A stretch of DNA of 64,000 nt from a virus. Positions 1-11,600 of the stretch are shown here, in pieces; positions within the stretch are counted from its first letter, which is position 1; each line of letters opens with the position of its first letter. The notes under the pieces are model-generated. The model had not been told where the DNA came from and made no database searches. It saw nothing but the letters and a program-made list of their open reading frames with translations. The stretch spans positions 32,001 to 96,000 of IMG/VR virus record IMGVR_UViG_3300032240_000659; one strand, 5' to 3'. Made by a program: the position numbers and the translations under genes.

Positions 1-12
1 AATCATATGTAA

Positions 13-19
13 TATTTAT
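13..19 (-). promoter_or_regulatory. Putative gp55-type late promoter (ATAAATA) for the next gene outside the window
   Basis: Plus strand tatttat at 13-19 reads ATAAATA on the minus strand, right after the stop of the 1487-aa gene. It matches the motif at other gene boundaries. Confidence 0.5.
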
Positions 20-20
20 T

Positions 21-3000
21 TTAAGTACCTAACATGATTTCTGCAGGTTTAAATGGATAACGTTTTACTGGAGGAGTTGCGGCATTAATACCAGTGCTTC
101 TAATCATCACAGTTGATTGCGGGCTAACCGAGCCTGCAAATTTAATAGTACTGCCACCAGCAATAGTATAAGTTAAACCAGTTGGTGTTCCGCTAGCAGT
201 TATAATAGGGATAGCGCCTAATGTTGGTGCTAACTGAAACGTTGTTGATCCATTAGTAGCTACAATGTAGTAGGTTGTGCCAGAAACATAGTTTTGAATA
301 GTACCAGCTGATGGCCAAGAACCGTTACCGTTTGTACCTGTAATAGTCATTGTTTGTCCAACATATAAAGTTGTTGGTGCAGATAGACAGCTAAATTGCC
401 CGGCTGATCCTGTAATAGCCACTGTGCTAAGATTAGCTGTACTGGTTTGTACTGTATAACCCCTGTAGGCACTAAAGAAGCAACTAGTCCATATTGGATC
501 GTAATTTACGATAAATGCCGGTTGTACTAATCCATTAACTGTGACCATTAGACTAAATGGGTTTGCTACTGCTACTGGAAGTTGATTAAATGTTAGGGGA
601 AACGCACTTTTTGAATCGTTTAGAGTAAGTTCATCTAGGTCGTAAGCCGCATAAGTACCGCCAACAATATTGCCGCCAAAATAGGCATTGCTCATTGAAA
701 CAAAATTGCCTTGAACTACCATAGTGTTATTAACAGTAACTCTGTTGTCTGAATAACCCATGGACATTGCTGTCCCAGTATTGGTTGTAGTGCTGTTAGA
801 AAAAGTTTGCGCAGAGTCAAGAATGTTACTAGCGTAGATTATTCCACCATACTGTCCGGCTCGAATATACGCCGAAGTTCCTGCTGAGCTATTGCCAAAA
901 TTAATTGTACTATTGGTTGGGATTGATGTAGATGATAAGTTACCTAAATTTAGTGTAATACTTCCCTGAGATCCGCTTGCTGGGCCTAGTGTCATAGTTG
1001 CACCTGCAACTGGAATTCTTACTAGGCCGCTGCCATTAGGTGTAATATCAATGTTACCGTTAGCACCTGCATTAATTACAAAACTTCCACTAGTTGAGCC
1101 GTTGTTAGTATTTAAAGTTAAGTTAGCAGTAACTGAACCGGTAGTAAGCGTACCGGAACTAGTAATGTCACCCATGTTTACCACTGAAGTTGGTGCACCA
1201 ACATTAACTGTTGTAGCATTGGCTGTAAACAAGTTTGCTGTAGTAGCAGGTGTGCTTAGGTTTAAAATAGTACTAGCACTGGCTGTATCAATACTTAAAC
1301 GCTCTTGTGCAGTTTGTAGTGTTGAACCTGTAGTTAATGTTGTACCAGTATAAAATTTAATAGCACCGCCAGTACCAGTACCAGTTGATAGACCACCTTG
1401 TATTGACAATGTGCCAGCACTGATATCAGTACCAGACATGTTGGTCATTCTAATAGTTCTTGCAATGGCAGTAGTGTAAGTGTCACCAACACCCAAAATT
1501 AAACTAGATGCAGATATTCTAAATGTTTCTAAATTATTTCCTGAACCAAATGCTACGCCATAGGTGCTGCCTGGTGGATTAAATTCAATATAACCTTGTG
1601 GTGTTACATCGATACGCTGTTGAATACGTGTACTATCACCTGTCCAGTCAGCACCGTCAGTGTGACGATGGTGATAGGTATGTAATAGTGTTCCATTACC
1701 ATTATTACCAGATAGCTGTGTCCACTCTGTACCTTTTCTAAATGTATGTGTGCCAGCTGGAAGTGTACCTGTTAAATCTATTGGGGTACTTTGGGCGTTA
1801 GCGTTATACGACGAAGTATGTAATTTAACTGTTGTTGTATCAACAGTTTGAACATAGTAGAAATATTGCCAGCCTTGCGGTAAATTAAATGATCCGGCAA
1901 GTCCGCCAATTGCGCCGCCAGACCCTGGGATATAAAACACCATGTCGCCAGTATTCAAATTATGAACTGCACTAAATGTAATAGTATCTAGTGTAGCGTC
2001 CATTGCACTAACTGTACTTAGGTTAAAACTGGAATTTACACCTCTGCTATTGTTAACATGTAGTAGTGCATTTGGCTGTGTTTGATTAATACCAACGTAT
2101 CCCATTGGTGTAACTGTTGCACGAATTTGGCCGCTGCCTAGGTCTGTGCCGTTAGTTCCGCTATCACCTGAGTATATGTCTAAAATTTGCCCAATATTTG
2201 TGACCTGTCGAGAACCAATACCAGTGTTGTATCTATTATTAGTTGCATCAGGGAAAGCAATAGTAGGAACAGTTCCGCCAGCGGAAACAATTGTGACTTT
2301 ACTAACAGGGCTTGTTGTGTAAAATCCAATCTTACCAGTACCATTAGGCACCACAGTAATGTTTCCGTTAGTACCTTGGTTAAGAACAATGCTACCTGCG
2401 TTAGTACCACTGTTAGTATTAATTGTTAAATTACCAGTGCCGTTAGTTGTTAAAGTTGTAGCAGTATTACTTACACCTAATTGTGTTGTGCTAGTAATTA
2501 GGTCAACTTTACCAGTACCGTTGGTTGTAATATCAATATTACCATTAGTACCGTTGTTGAGAACAATGCTACCTGCATTGGTACCATTGTTAGTATTAAT
2601 TGTTAAGTTAGCAGTGCCATATGTTGTAATGGTAGATGCTGTATTTTGCTTGCCTAATTGTACAGTGCTAGCTGACAAACCAATAGTGCCAGTAGCGGTG
2701 GTAATAATGCTTAACCCTTCACCGGATATATTACTTAATATACCTAATCCAGTTAAGCCAGTTCCGCCCCAAGTGCTTGCTCCGCGATTATAAGAAATAT
2801 ATGCTGAATAGCCGCTTGAGGTATTTTGAAAAGTAATTAATGAAGTAGATGGTGCAGTTGCAGTAGCACTGCTACCTAAATTGATAACTGCTTGGTTTGT
2901 TCCAGTTCCAGATGGACTTGTTGATCCAATAGTTAATGTTCTATTAACATCTCCTGAACCTGTTAAATTAAGATTAATATTGCTATCCCAAGATGTTGTT

Positions 3001-4484
3001 GAATTAACATATGTGATAGTTTTATTAGTTGTGCCTAGCAAAGTAATGCCGCCACCGTCAGCGGTAACATCTGTAGCACCGCCGATATTTAATGTAGCAC
3101 CTGTTGCTGAACCAGATCCAGTCAGCGCTTGATTTAGTGTAATTTGAGTTGCGCTATCAATTGACAATACTGTTGTACTTGCTGGCAGTGTTACGGTGCC
3201 GTTGCCGCTTAGTGAACTAACTGCTGATCCAGGGATAATATTTGCTGTGGCAGATAAGTTAGTAACAACTGCTGATCCAGCACTAATATTACCAGTTTGT
3301 GCTGAAGAAACAACACCACCTAATTCTAAATTCTTATCATCAACTGATACTGTGTTAGAATTAATAGTGGTAGTAGTACCATTAACTATTAAATTTCCAG
3401 TAATTGTTAATGCTGATAATGTTCCTGGAATATCTGCAGCCACTAACGCACGGAATGACGGATTGCCGTTTCCGCCCGAGCTTGGTCCAGCATACACATA
3501 ATTTTGTGTTTGACTACCAAACGTGCTATTAATATCCGAGGCAGCGGCTGTTGATACAGTACCACTAGTACCTTTTAATAAACCAGTTAATGAAGCAAGA
3601 ACTATTGAACCTGTGCCGTTTGGTGTTAACGAAATATTTCCGTTAACACCTTGATTAATAACAATAGAGCCACTGTTAGTGCCGCTGTTTGTGTTTAAAG
3701 TTAAATTAGCAGTACCATTAGTTGTTAATGTTGTTGCAGTATTACTAATACCTTGTACAATTGTACTTGATGTTAGTGCAATTGATCCTGTTCCGCTTGG
3801 CGTTAGAGTAATAGCACCATTAGTACCAGCGGTAATTACAATGCTACCAGAATTGGCACCGTTGTTTGTGTTTAATGTTAAGTTGCTGGTTATAGTACCA
3901 GTAGTTACTAGGCCAGCACCAGTCATGTCACCTAGATTAACTACACCAGTTCCATTAGGTGTTACTGCAATGTTACCGTTAACGCCTTGATTAATAACAA
4001 TTGAGCCAGAATTTAATCCGCCGTTAGTATTAACTGTTAGTGTCTGTGCGCCATTAGTAGAATAAGATGGGGAAGTAAAACTAATACTGGCTCTAACAGT
4101 GCCATTTACTGCTAGTGTAGATGTTCCTGTAGTCCAAGTAAAATTACTTGAACCAGCTGTTGTACCATTGCTATTATACTGTACTTGACTGTCAGATCCA
4201 GCGGCAGCTAATGCTGAAGCAAGTGCCGAAGCAGTAGTTGCTAGTACTGACCACCCAGTAGTACTATAAACTTCTAAATTTCCGCTATTATATCTTAACG
4301 CACCAGTAACATTATATAAACTATTAGCTGTAGAAATATCAGGTACTACTAGGCCTTGACTTACAAAGGCGGCGCCTTGTACAACTAAATTTTTTCCAAC
4401 ACTAACTCCGCCACCACTGGCAACTAGTTGATTGTCGCCTACTACTAGACCATCGGGCTCCAGGAAGATCTTATTAATTGTCAT
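21..4484 (-). CDS. Long tail-fibre/adhesin-like virion protein (1487 aa)
   Basis: Thr/Gly/Ser/Asn-rich. N-terminal GALRYNSGNLEVY motif typical of fibre trimerisation regions, six LTLNTNxGxNxGSIxIxxGxNGNIxxTPNGTG repeats, and a C-terminal YDLD domain shared with the 402-aa ORF. Confidence 0.65.
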   Translation of the reverse strand: MTINKIFLEPDGLVVGDNQLVASGGGVSVGKNLVVQGAAFVSQGLVVPDISTANSLYNVTGALRYNSGNLEVYSTTGWSVLATTASALASALAAAGSDSQVQYNSNGTTAGSSNFTWTTGTSTLAVNGTVRASISFTSPSYSTNGAQTLTVNTNGGLNSGSIVINQGVNGNIAVTPNGTGVVNLGDMTGAGLVTTGTITSNLTLNTNNGANSGSIVITAGTNGAITLTPSGTGSIALTSSTIVQGISNTATTLTTNGTANLTLNTNSGTNSGSIVINQGVNGNISLTPNGTGSIVLASLTGLLKGTSGTVSTAAASDINSTFGSQTQNYVYAGPSSGGNGNPSFRALVAADIPGTLSALTITGNLIVNGTTTTINSNTVSVDDKNLELGGVVSSAQTGNISAGSAVVTNLSATANIIPGSAVSSLSGNGTVTLPASTTVLSIDSATQITLNQALTGSGSATGATLNIGGATDVTADGGGITLLGTTNKTITYVNSTTSWDSNINLNLTGSGDVNRTLTIGSTSPSGTGTNQAVINLGSSATATAPSTSLITFQNTSSGYSAYISYNRGASTWGGTGLTGLGILSNISGEGLSIITTATGTIGLSASTVQLGKQNTASTITTYGTANLTINTNNGTNAGSIVLNNGTNGNIDITTNGTGKVDLITSTTQLGVSNTATTLTTNGTGNLTINTNSGTNAGSIVLNQGTNGNITVVPNGTGKIGFYTTSPVSKVTIVSAGGTVPTIAFPDATNNRYNTGIGSRQVTNIGQILDIYSGDSGTNGTDLGSGQIRATVTPMGYVGINQTQPNALLHVNNSRGVNSSFNLSTVSAMDATLDTITFSAVHNLNTGDMVFYIPGSGGAIGGLAGSFNLPQGWQYFYYVQTVDTTTVKLHTSSYNANAQSTPIDLTGTLPAGTHTFRKGTEWTQLSGNNGNGTLLHTYHHRHTDGADWTGDSTRIQQRIDVTPQGYIEFNPPGSTYGVAFGSGNNLETFRISASSLILGVGDTYTTAIARTIRMTNMSGTDISAGTLSIQGGLSTGTGTGGAIKFYTGTTLTTGSTLQTAQERLSIDTASASTILNLSTPATTANLFTANATTVNVGAPTSVVNMGDITSSGTLTTGSVTANLTLNTNNGSTSGSFVINAGANGNIDITPNGSGLVRIPVAGATMTLGPASGSQGSITLNLGNLSSTSIPTNSTINFGNSSAGTSAYIRAGQYGGIIYASNILDSAQTFSNSTTTNTGTAMSMGYSDNRVTVNNTMVVQGNFVSMSNAYFGGNIVGGTYAAYDLDELTLNDSKSAFPLTFNQLPVAVANPFSLMVTVNGLVQPAFIVNYDPIWTSCFFSAYRGYTVQTSTANLSTVAITGSAGQFSCLSAPTTLYVGQTMTITGTNGNGSWPSAGTIQNYVSGTTYYIVATNGSTTFQLAPTLGAIPIITASGTPTGLTYTIAGGSTIKFAGSVSPQSTVMIRSTGINAATPPVKRYPFKPAEIMLGT

Positions 4485-4500
4485 TTACGCTCCAAATAAT

Positions 4501-4527
4501 ATAGAAGGGAGGAGTCCTCCCTTCTAT
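4501..4527. terminator. Perfect 12-bp inverted repeat (terminator or mRNA-processing stem)
   Basis: atagaagggagg-agt-cctcccttctat, directly after the 969-aa stop codon and ~16 nt before the 1487-aa start. No long U-tract. Confidence 0.5.
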
Positions 4528-7436
4528 TAAGCCTGTGCTTCTGTCCAGCTTAAACGACTGTTAATTGTGTTTGTTGCTTGGTTAGTAATGTTAGTACAGC
4601 ATACAGTAATAACGTCTGGACCATCTGGGTAAATGTTAGCAGGAGTTGTACTACCGTTTGCTGTAGTACCACCACCTAAAATACTATTACCAATGTCTCG
4701 AACAATTGACAAGTCTTGTGTAACTGCGCCAGAATTACTAGTAAAGAATCCAAAAATAGCCTCACCACCAGACACTGTCTGGCCGCTGGTATGGAAAATG
4801 TATTGCGCTAGACTTGATCCGCCCACGTTAGCCCATGTTCCGCCACTGATACGAGCGTTTAAGAAAATTTCAATCTTAAACGCAGTACCGCTGGTAAAAA
4901 CGTCCATCTGACGTAAGGTTAACTGCATACGGTTGATAATTTCACGCTGTCCAATCAATCCTGATAGACCATTATCAATACTTGGTGCAATACGGATACT
5001 TAAAATAGGTTGACGAGTATTTTGAGCCAAGTTAATTAGCGCTGTATTGTTACCAGCGTTGAACACTAGAGATTTATCATCGTCATAACGTCCGTCCATG
5101 ATAACTGAACTACCCCAGTGGCTTAACTGTCCAGCACTTTGTGGACTGTACAATTCTGCTTTGATAGGAGCAGTAGCACTATAGGTAAATGTCTGTGCTG
5201 ATCCTTGTCCGCCTGTTTGAGCACGAGAACCAATAGTCAGTGTGGTTAGTGTTTTAGAAGTATATGTAATATATTCAATTACAGCGCCTGTGGCTGCTGA
5301 TGCTGTTAATACTACTGTACCGCTTGCTGGCCAGCCAGTTGTATCATTTACACTGATTGTTGCACCAGTTGTAGCCGCACTGGACAAGGTTGCTGTCAAG
5401 TAAGTGTAATAAGGCAAGTGGTTACATTCGTAACGTCCTACCAAGTTACCTGAACGCATGTATGCTTCAGTGTTGACGTTATTGTTTGGAATTCTATGGC
5501 AGTAAATAACTTCGCCGCGGTTGTTCTTGAATCCAAAACGGATAGCACCAGCACCGTACCATGTGTAGTCCATGTAGAACATTTGCATCTTACTTAGGTC
5601 AAGTGTCATTCTGCTGTGTCCGGTACCGTCCATCTTGTCAATATTCCAAGTGTTAGTTGCACCAACTAGGCTCAGCCCGGGATAACGAGTATCAATGGTC
5701 TTACTGATAACACAGTTTACAGTTGAAACACCTTTGTATTCTGGATAAACATACATTTGTGTATCGCTAGTAATCTGTTGTACAAAGTAAGTCATACCTC
5801 GAAGAACAATAGAATCGCCTGGCTTTAACTGGCTTGAAAACTTGGTATTTGTACCTACCACACTTTGACTTCCGTTGGTTGCCTGAGCAAAGCCGCTGAT
5901 CTGAGCAGTACTTGAACGTTTAACTGCATAAATTGTCTGCCCATCATATTCAAAAAAGAATCCGTTTTGACTATCAAACATACCAAGTCTACTGGTAGCA
6001 CCGTACCAGCTGTATGGGTTAGCGTTTACGTTACCCGTAGCAGGGCTGGCACTTGGTGTGCTACCAGCAGTATAGGTAAATGTTGTTGGTGTTGCGGCAG
6101 TTACAATAGTAAAGTTACCGTTGTAGGCTGTTTCATTAGCACCTGATATGGTAACAACTGCACCTACTAACTGACCGTGTGGATATTTTGTAGTTACCGT
6201 TACAGTTGTACCACTACTAGTAATTGTATCTGGGTTTAAACTTGGTTTTAAAATACTACCAGTTGAGAATTGAATAGCTTTACCAGACTGATAACGGAAT
6301 TGGCGTCGTGTCTGACGAATAATTTGATATCCGTGATATGGGCTAACGTTACCAAACTGTACACCACCGTCAAATGGTCTGTGATTAATATAACCTAATG
6401 GACGTGGGTATAACGTTGCTGTTGCACCAGCTGCCGCTGTAATAGTACCAGTAGCTGTACAGGCAAATGTAAATGTTGAGTTACTTGGAGTTGTAGCAAC
6501 TTTCCAGCTAGAGTTCAGTGTGCCAGTGGCACCAGTAGTACCAACTATATAAAAAGCGTCACCTACACGTAGTCCGTGATCGCCAGTTGTGGTAACTGTA
6601 CCAACTGAACCAGATAAACTGATCGCGGCGCCAGCACTGGCACTAACTGGAATGCCAGCACCTGTAAAGAAATAGGCAATAAAAACATAAGTTTTGTTAG
6701 TATCAAACAAGCTGGCTGCTGGAACATTGCCTGCTGGGATCGTATAGGTAAAGTTAGTGTTACCGCTAACCGATTCAACTAACCACCATCCGCCTGCGTT
6801 AGCATCGTCTAGTGTACCTTGAATAAAGATTGGAGAGCCTACAGTAATACCTACAGTGTTGTTAATAGCAACTGTAACAACTTGTCCAGTAGCTGTAACG
6901 TTAGTAATTTGATAGCTACCACTACTTGCTGTTCCACCGTTGCCTACGAACGCAGGAGTGCTAGACAAATTACTTAAACCCGTTGTGAAATCATAAAATG
7001 CACTAGGACGATTATGGCATAAGATTAAACTTTCCCACTTAGTTGGTTGAACACCATATTCAAAGTCAGTGTCAATTAATGCTTGTGGTGTTGAGACACG
7101 CAATTTATCAACTGGGTCGCGCATTGTTTCTGCGGGAACAATTTCTGTATAAGTTTCTTCAACTATAATACTTAATACATCAGTTGAATTCATTGATGTT
7201 GTATTATAGTTAAGTGTAATACTAGTAGTTTCTACAGGAGTACCCGTAGTACTAACTAAACTGTTAGTGTAAGCAGTCGCAGTAAGCGAAGTATCACTAA
7301 AATTATAAATTACCGTATTTGTAGTTACGTTGGTAATTAAAAGAAGCTGTTCTCTTCTTATGTTTTTTCCGTTGACTACAACTTGTCGTGAAGACGGGGT
7401 AAATGTGTAGCTTTCTAAGATTGCATGTTTTGCCAT
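4527..7436 (-). CDS. Virion structural protein (969 aa) with three small beta-barrel repeats
   Basis: Three TVTxxxxHGxxVGxxxxIxG...TFTY-type repeats. The GMFDSQNGFFFE and MDYTWYGAGAIRFG segments resemble motifs of large-phage structural proteins. Confidence 0.55.
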   Translation of the reverse strand: MAKHAILESYTFTPSSRQVVVNGKNIRREQLLLITNVTTNTVIYNFSDTSLTATAYTNSLVSTTGTPVETTSITLNYNTTSMNSTDVLSIIVEETYTEIVPAETMRDPVDKLRVSTPQALIDTDFEYGVQPTKWESLILCHNRPSAFYDFTTGLSNLSSTPAFVGNGGTASSGSYQITNVTATGQVVTVAINNTVGITVGSPIFIQGTLDDANAGGWWLVESVSGNTNFTYTIPAGNVPAASLFDTNKTYVFIAYFFTGAGIPVSASAGAAISLSGSVGTVTTTGDHGLRVGDAFYIVGTTGATGTLNSSWKVATTPSNSTFTFACTATGTITAAAGATATLYPRPLGYINHRPFDGGVQFGNVSPYHGYQIIRQTRRQFRYQSGKAIQFSTGSILKPSLNPDTITSSGTTVTVTTKYPHGQLVGAVVTISGANETAYNGNFTIVTAATPTTFTYTAGSTPSASPATGNVNANPYSWYGATSRLGMFDSQNGFFFEYDGQTIYAVKRSSTAQISGFAQATNGSQSVVGTNTKFSSQLKPGDSIVLRGMTYFVQQITSDTQMYVYPEYKGVSTVNCVISKTIDTRYPGLSLVGATNTWNIDKMDGTGHSRMTLDLSKMQMFYMDYTWYGAGAIRFGFKNNRGEVIYCHRIPNNNVNTEAYMRSGNLVGRYECNHLPYYTYLTATLSSAATTGATISVNDTTGWPASGTVVLTASAATGAVIEYITYTSKTLTTLTIGSRAQTGGQGSAQTFTYSATAPIKAELYSPQSAGQLSHWGSSVIMDGRYDDDKSLVFNAGNNTALINLAQNTRQPILSIRIAPSIDNGLSGLIGQREIINRMQLTLRQMDVFTSGTAFKIEIFLNARISGGTWANVGGSSLAQYIFHTSGQTVSGGEAIFGFFTSNSGAVTQDLSIVRDIGNSILGGGTTANGSTTPANIYPDGPDVITVCCTNITNQATNTINSRLSWTEAQA

Positions 7437-7449
7437 TTTTAAATTTCCT

Positions 7450-8658
7450 TTAAGATCTCAACATTATATTTAGTGCAGAAAAGGGCACTTGGGTATAATT
7501 AAACGTTGGTGCTGGGTCCTGGTTCGTTCTAATTTTTCCGTAGAAAGACATTCCTCTCCTTGGAGCCGTTGCAAACGTAATCGCAGAACCAGCGGTTACT
7601 GTTGCGCCAGGAGTTATCGTCCCGGTTGTTGTGGTTAATGCAAATACTGGACTTGAAGCAGTTGCATTAGCATAAGTATTGGTAATTTGAATACTGGTTG
7701 TTGAGTTTATTTTACCAACATAGTAAGTTGTTCCTGTAGTGTAAGTGCTAATAGAACCTGCTGTAAATGTGCCAGAAATTGTTATAGGCTGTCCTATATA
7801 ATACAATCCTGCACTAACAGTTAAGGTTCCTACTGCATCTGCTATTGCTACAGAAGAAATTGCCAATTGAGTTATTGTATATCCTGCGCTAAACACAGGA
7901 ATATCTGGTAGGTTAAAATAGTCTGCTATGATTTTTGCTGGACTAATTTGTATGCCTCCAATTAATATTTCTACTTTGTTTGGATGATTGGGACTGATTG
8001 GTGTTCCATTATTATAAGTTAATCCAAATGTTGTTGTGATATTATCAAACTTAGCACTAATGTTGTCTAAATCATAGGTGTAACCAATTGGTTCACCGGT
8101 AGGATATGTGTAGTTTGTTGCAGAAACACTAGTAGCTGATAGTGTAGGAACAACAACCTTACCAGTGCCGTTTGGTGTTAGTGAAATATTGCCGTTTGTA
8201 CCTGCGGTAATAACAATACTACCCGTTGTAACACCGTTGTTCGTGTTTAATGTTAAGTTGCTAGTTAAGCTACCAGTGGTTACAATACCTGCGCTTGATT
8301 GATCGCCAATTAAAACTGCACCTGTACCATTAGGCGTAAGTGCAATGTTAGCATTTGCACCTTGGTTAATTGTAATTGTACCACTACTTGTTCCAGTGTT
8401 AGTTGACAATAACAAGTTTGCCGCAGTAGCTGTGGTAACTAATGGAGTACGAATGTCTGTTGTAAAACTTGGACTTGTATTGAATACTAGGTTACCTGTA
8501 CCAGTTTCGTCGTTGATAATGGCTGCTAGTTGAGCACTAGTTGATGTAGCAAGTTTGCTTAATTGTATACCGGCAGCGGCTGCAATGTCAGCATCTACAA
8601 TGCTACCATCTAAAATTAGCGCACTATTAACATAGCCGGGGGTTACTGATAATCCCAT
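7450..8658 (-). CDS. Fibre-like virion protein (402 aa), partial paralogue of the 1487-aa ORF
   Basis: Two copies of the LTLNTNNG...TPNGTG repeat and a YDLD...GxxIxF C-terminal domain, as in the 1487-aa protein. Confidence 0.55.
   Translation of the reverse strand: MGLSVTPGYVNSALILDGSIVDADIAAAAGIQLSKLATSTSAQLAAIINDETGTGNLVFNTSPSFTTDIRTPLVTTATAANLLLSTNTGTSSGTITINQGANANIALTPNGTGAVLIGDQSSAGIVTTGSLTSNLTLNTNNGVTTGSIVITAGTNGNISLTPNGTGKVVVPTLSATSVSATNYTYPTGEPIGYTYDLDNISAKFDNITTTFGLTYNNGTPISPNHPNKVEILIGGIQISPAKIIADYFNLPDIPVFSAGYTITQLAISSVAIADAVGTLTVSAGLYYIGQPITISGTFTAGSISTYTTGTTYYVGKINSTTSIQITNTYANATASSPVFALTTTTGTITPGATVTAGSAITFATAPRRGMSFYGKIRTNQDPAPTFNYTQVPFSALNIMLRS
7467..7473 (-). promoter_or_regulatory. 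Possible late promoter (CTAAATA) embedded in the 3' end of the 402-aa gene
   Basis: TAAATA in the correct orientation, ~30 nt upstream of the 969-aa start. Confidence 0.3.
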
Positions 8659-8667
8659 ACTTGCTCC

Positions 8668-11600
8668 TTATTTGTACTGTGCATCAAACCAACAGTTTGC
8701 CGCACCAATTGTCTTGGTAGGACCCGTTGTTGAATTGCACACTACAATTCCTGTTGAAAAATATCTGCCATAGACACCAAAATCAAAACTGTAATTACTC
8801 AACGCTGGCACATAAAACATTACTGCTGGTACACTAGTGTCAGCTGGTAATGACGTTGCGTTATGAATTTGAATAAACTGCGGCGATGCTAGACTGTTAT
8901 ATCCGCTTAACATGTAAAGTGTTCCAGCTGTTGCTTTTACTACTAAGTTAGTTGCATATGCACTAGTTGTTGCATTTGTACCAGAATATGTTCCAGTAGC
9001 ATCTGGTGTTGCTTTTGTTTGCACAACATCGTCAGTTGCTACTGTTACTCGTAATGTGCCTGCTGAACGTACACCTGTATTAGTTGCAATTGCATTACCA
9101 TTAAACTGCGTTAAACTAGTAACAGTTGCTAGTGTTTGGCTGGCAGCAATGTTTACATCACCAATGATAACACCACTGTTTGCTGACAATTTACCAATTG
9201 CATTTGTACCTGCAGGTAATGGGCTATTAGGGCTTAATCCAACTACTAAACTTGTGTCAGTCGCAATGGCCGCAGTACTTGCTGCCTTCATTGAAATAGC
9301 AGTGCCGTTAAATTGTGTTAAACTTGTAACTGTTGCTAGTGTCTGTGAGGCAGCAATATTTACATCGCCAATAATAACGCCGCTGTTTGCTGACAATTTA
9401 CCAATGGCATTTGTACCAGCTGGTAGTGGACTATTAGGACTTAATCCTACAACTAGACTTGTATCGCCAGCAGCGGCTGCTGTGCTAGCCGCTTTCATTG
9501 TAATTGCAGTGCCGTTGAATTGTGTTAAGCTGGTGACAGTCGCTAGTGTTTGACTTGCGGCAATGCTAACTGTTGCATTTAAGTTTGCCGCTGTAGATTG
9601 TGCTACTGTTACTGAATTGTTTGGACTTACTGCAACAACTAACGCAGGATCGCCAACAACTGCCGCAGTACTAGCGGCTTTGATCGCCACAGAGTTAGTA
9701 CCATCACTTGGTCTGGTTAACCAAGGAGTTGTATTAGCTGTATTACCAGGTTGAACTGTCCAAGTACCACTTTGGCTTGCAGGTACTACGTCATCAGTAG
9801 CAATAGTAACACGCTGGGTTCCTGCGGTACGAACACCGCTACCCATGGCAATTACTTGCCCGTTCATTTGTGTTAAACTTGTTACAGTTGATACTGTGCT
9901 AACTGTTCCTAATGTTTGAGCGGCAGCTATTTCAATTGCGCCAATTGTAACACCACTGTTTGCAGACAACTTACCAATAGCGTTAGTACCTGCTGGCAAT
10001 GCAGAGTTAATTGCGCCAATGTTTACACGACCACTTGTATCGGTATTTAATGCTCTTAAGTTTGCACCATCCCAACCGCCAATTTGTTGTACACTAACTG
10101 GCTGTGATGTAGTACCGTTTGGTGATATAGATAAGTTTACCTCGCCGTCAGTTTGTGATGACATTGAGATAAATGTTACTGTACCGCTACCATAAGCAGA
10201 CATTCTCAAACGTGTTTGATATGCACCAGGCGGAAGAATAATAGTTCTAACCGCACCTACAACTAGTTGAGCATTTGTTATGCTATTTGAAATAACTCCA
10301 GCAACATCTTTCATGTATGCTGTATTCCATGTACTGCCGTCAATTGTTACTTCGGCAACTACTGTTATACCTGTTGGCACGCTGATTGCATTTACTACAA
10401 CACTTGTACCTTTTTGGCTGAATACATTCCACGGGCCCATTACTTGATTTAGCGCACCTAGTGCTCCAAAATTTGTTTGAACTCCGGATAAATTTACAGA
10501 ACCAATATTGTTTTGTCCAAACGGTAGTGGGCTATTAGGGCTTAGAGCAACTACTAGTGACGGATCGCCGGTTGCGGCAGCAGTACTAGTTGCCTTAACT
10601 GCTACAGTATTAGTACCGTCCCATAACTTTGCAGGAGTATTAGGACTTAATGAAACAACTAGTGCAGTATCTGCGGCTGCGGCTACTGTGCTTGCTGCCT
10701 TGACAGTTGCAGTATTTGTACCGTCAGTTACTCTGTGATAGATACCACGTGCGGCTGCATCGCCCATTGGCATTGTATTGGTGCCGTCACTAATTTTAGT
10801 TGCTGAGTTTGCGCCAGCAAAAGAAACTACCAATGCTGGGTCAGTGGCTGCGGCTGATGTGCTTGATGCCTTAACTGCTACGGTGGTTGTACCGTCCCAT
10901 AATTTTGCAGGAGTGTTAGGACTTAGAGCAACTACTAAACTATTATCGCCAACTACAGCCGCTGTACTTGCACTTTTCATTGCGATAGCAGTACCGTTAA
11001 ACTGTGTTAGACTTGTTAATGTTGAAACTGTGCCAATATTACCAATTGAGTTTGTACCTGTAGGCAGTGCAGTGTTAGGACTTAGAGCAACCACTAAACT
11101 TGTATCAGTAGCTGTGGCAGCAGTACTTGCAGCCTTCATTGAAATAGCAGTACCGTTAAACTGAGTTACACTTGTAACAGTGCCTAATGTTTGGCCGGCA
11201 GTAATACTAATTGGTACTATATCATCTGTAGCAATTGTAACACGTTGCGTACCGGCAGTTCTTACACCGGTACCCATAGCAATAGTTTGTCCTGCCATCA
11301 TTGACAAGTTACTAATGACGTCTGGTGTATAAGTTGAATAAGTTACGCCGCTTGGAGTACCTGCTGTGGTTGTAATAGCAGTACCGTCTAAGTTTACTAA
11401 GGTAAATGTAGTACTTCCGTTGGTTACACTAATACGATAAGTGCCGTTAGTAATTGATCCAGTGCCGCCGTTTGTTCCAGCAATAACAACAGTTTGTCCA
11501 ACGTATAAAATAGTAGCACCAACAGTAAGCTGGCCACCAGTTCCTATTGCGGTAAGAGCACCGGTTGTTGTTGGTTGGGCTGAGTTAACACTGATCGGAC

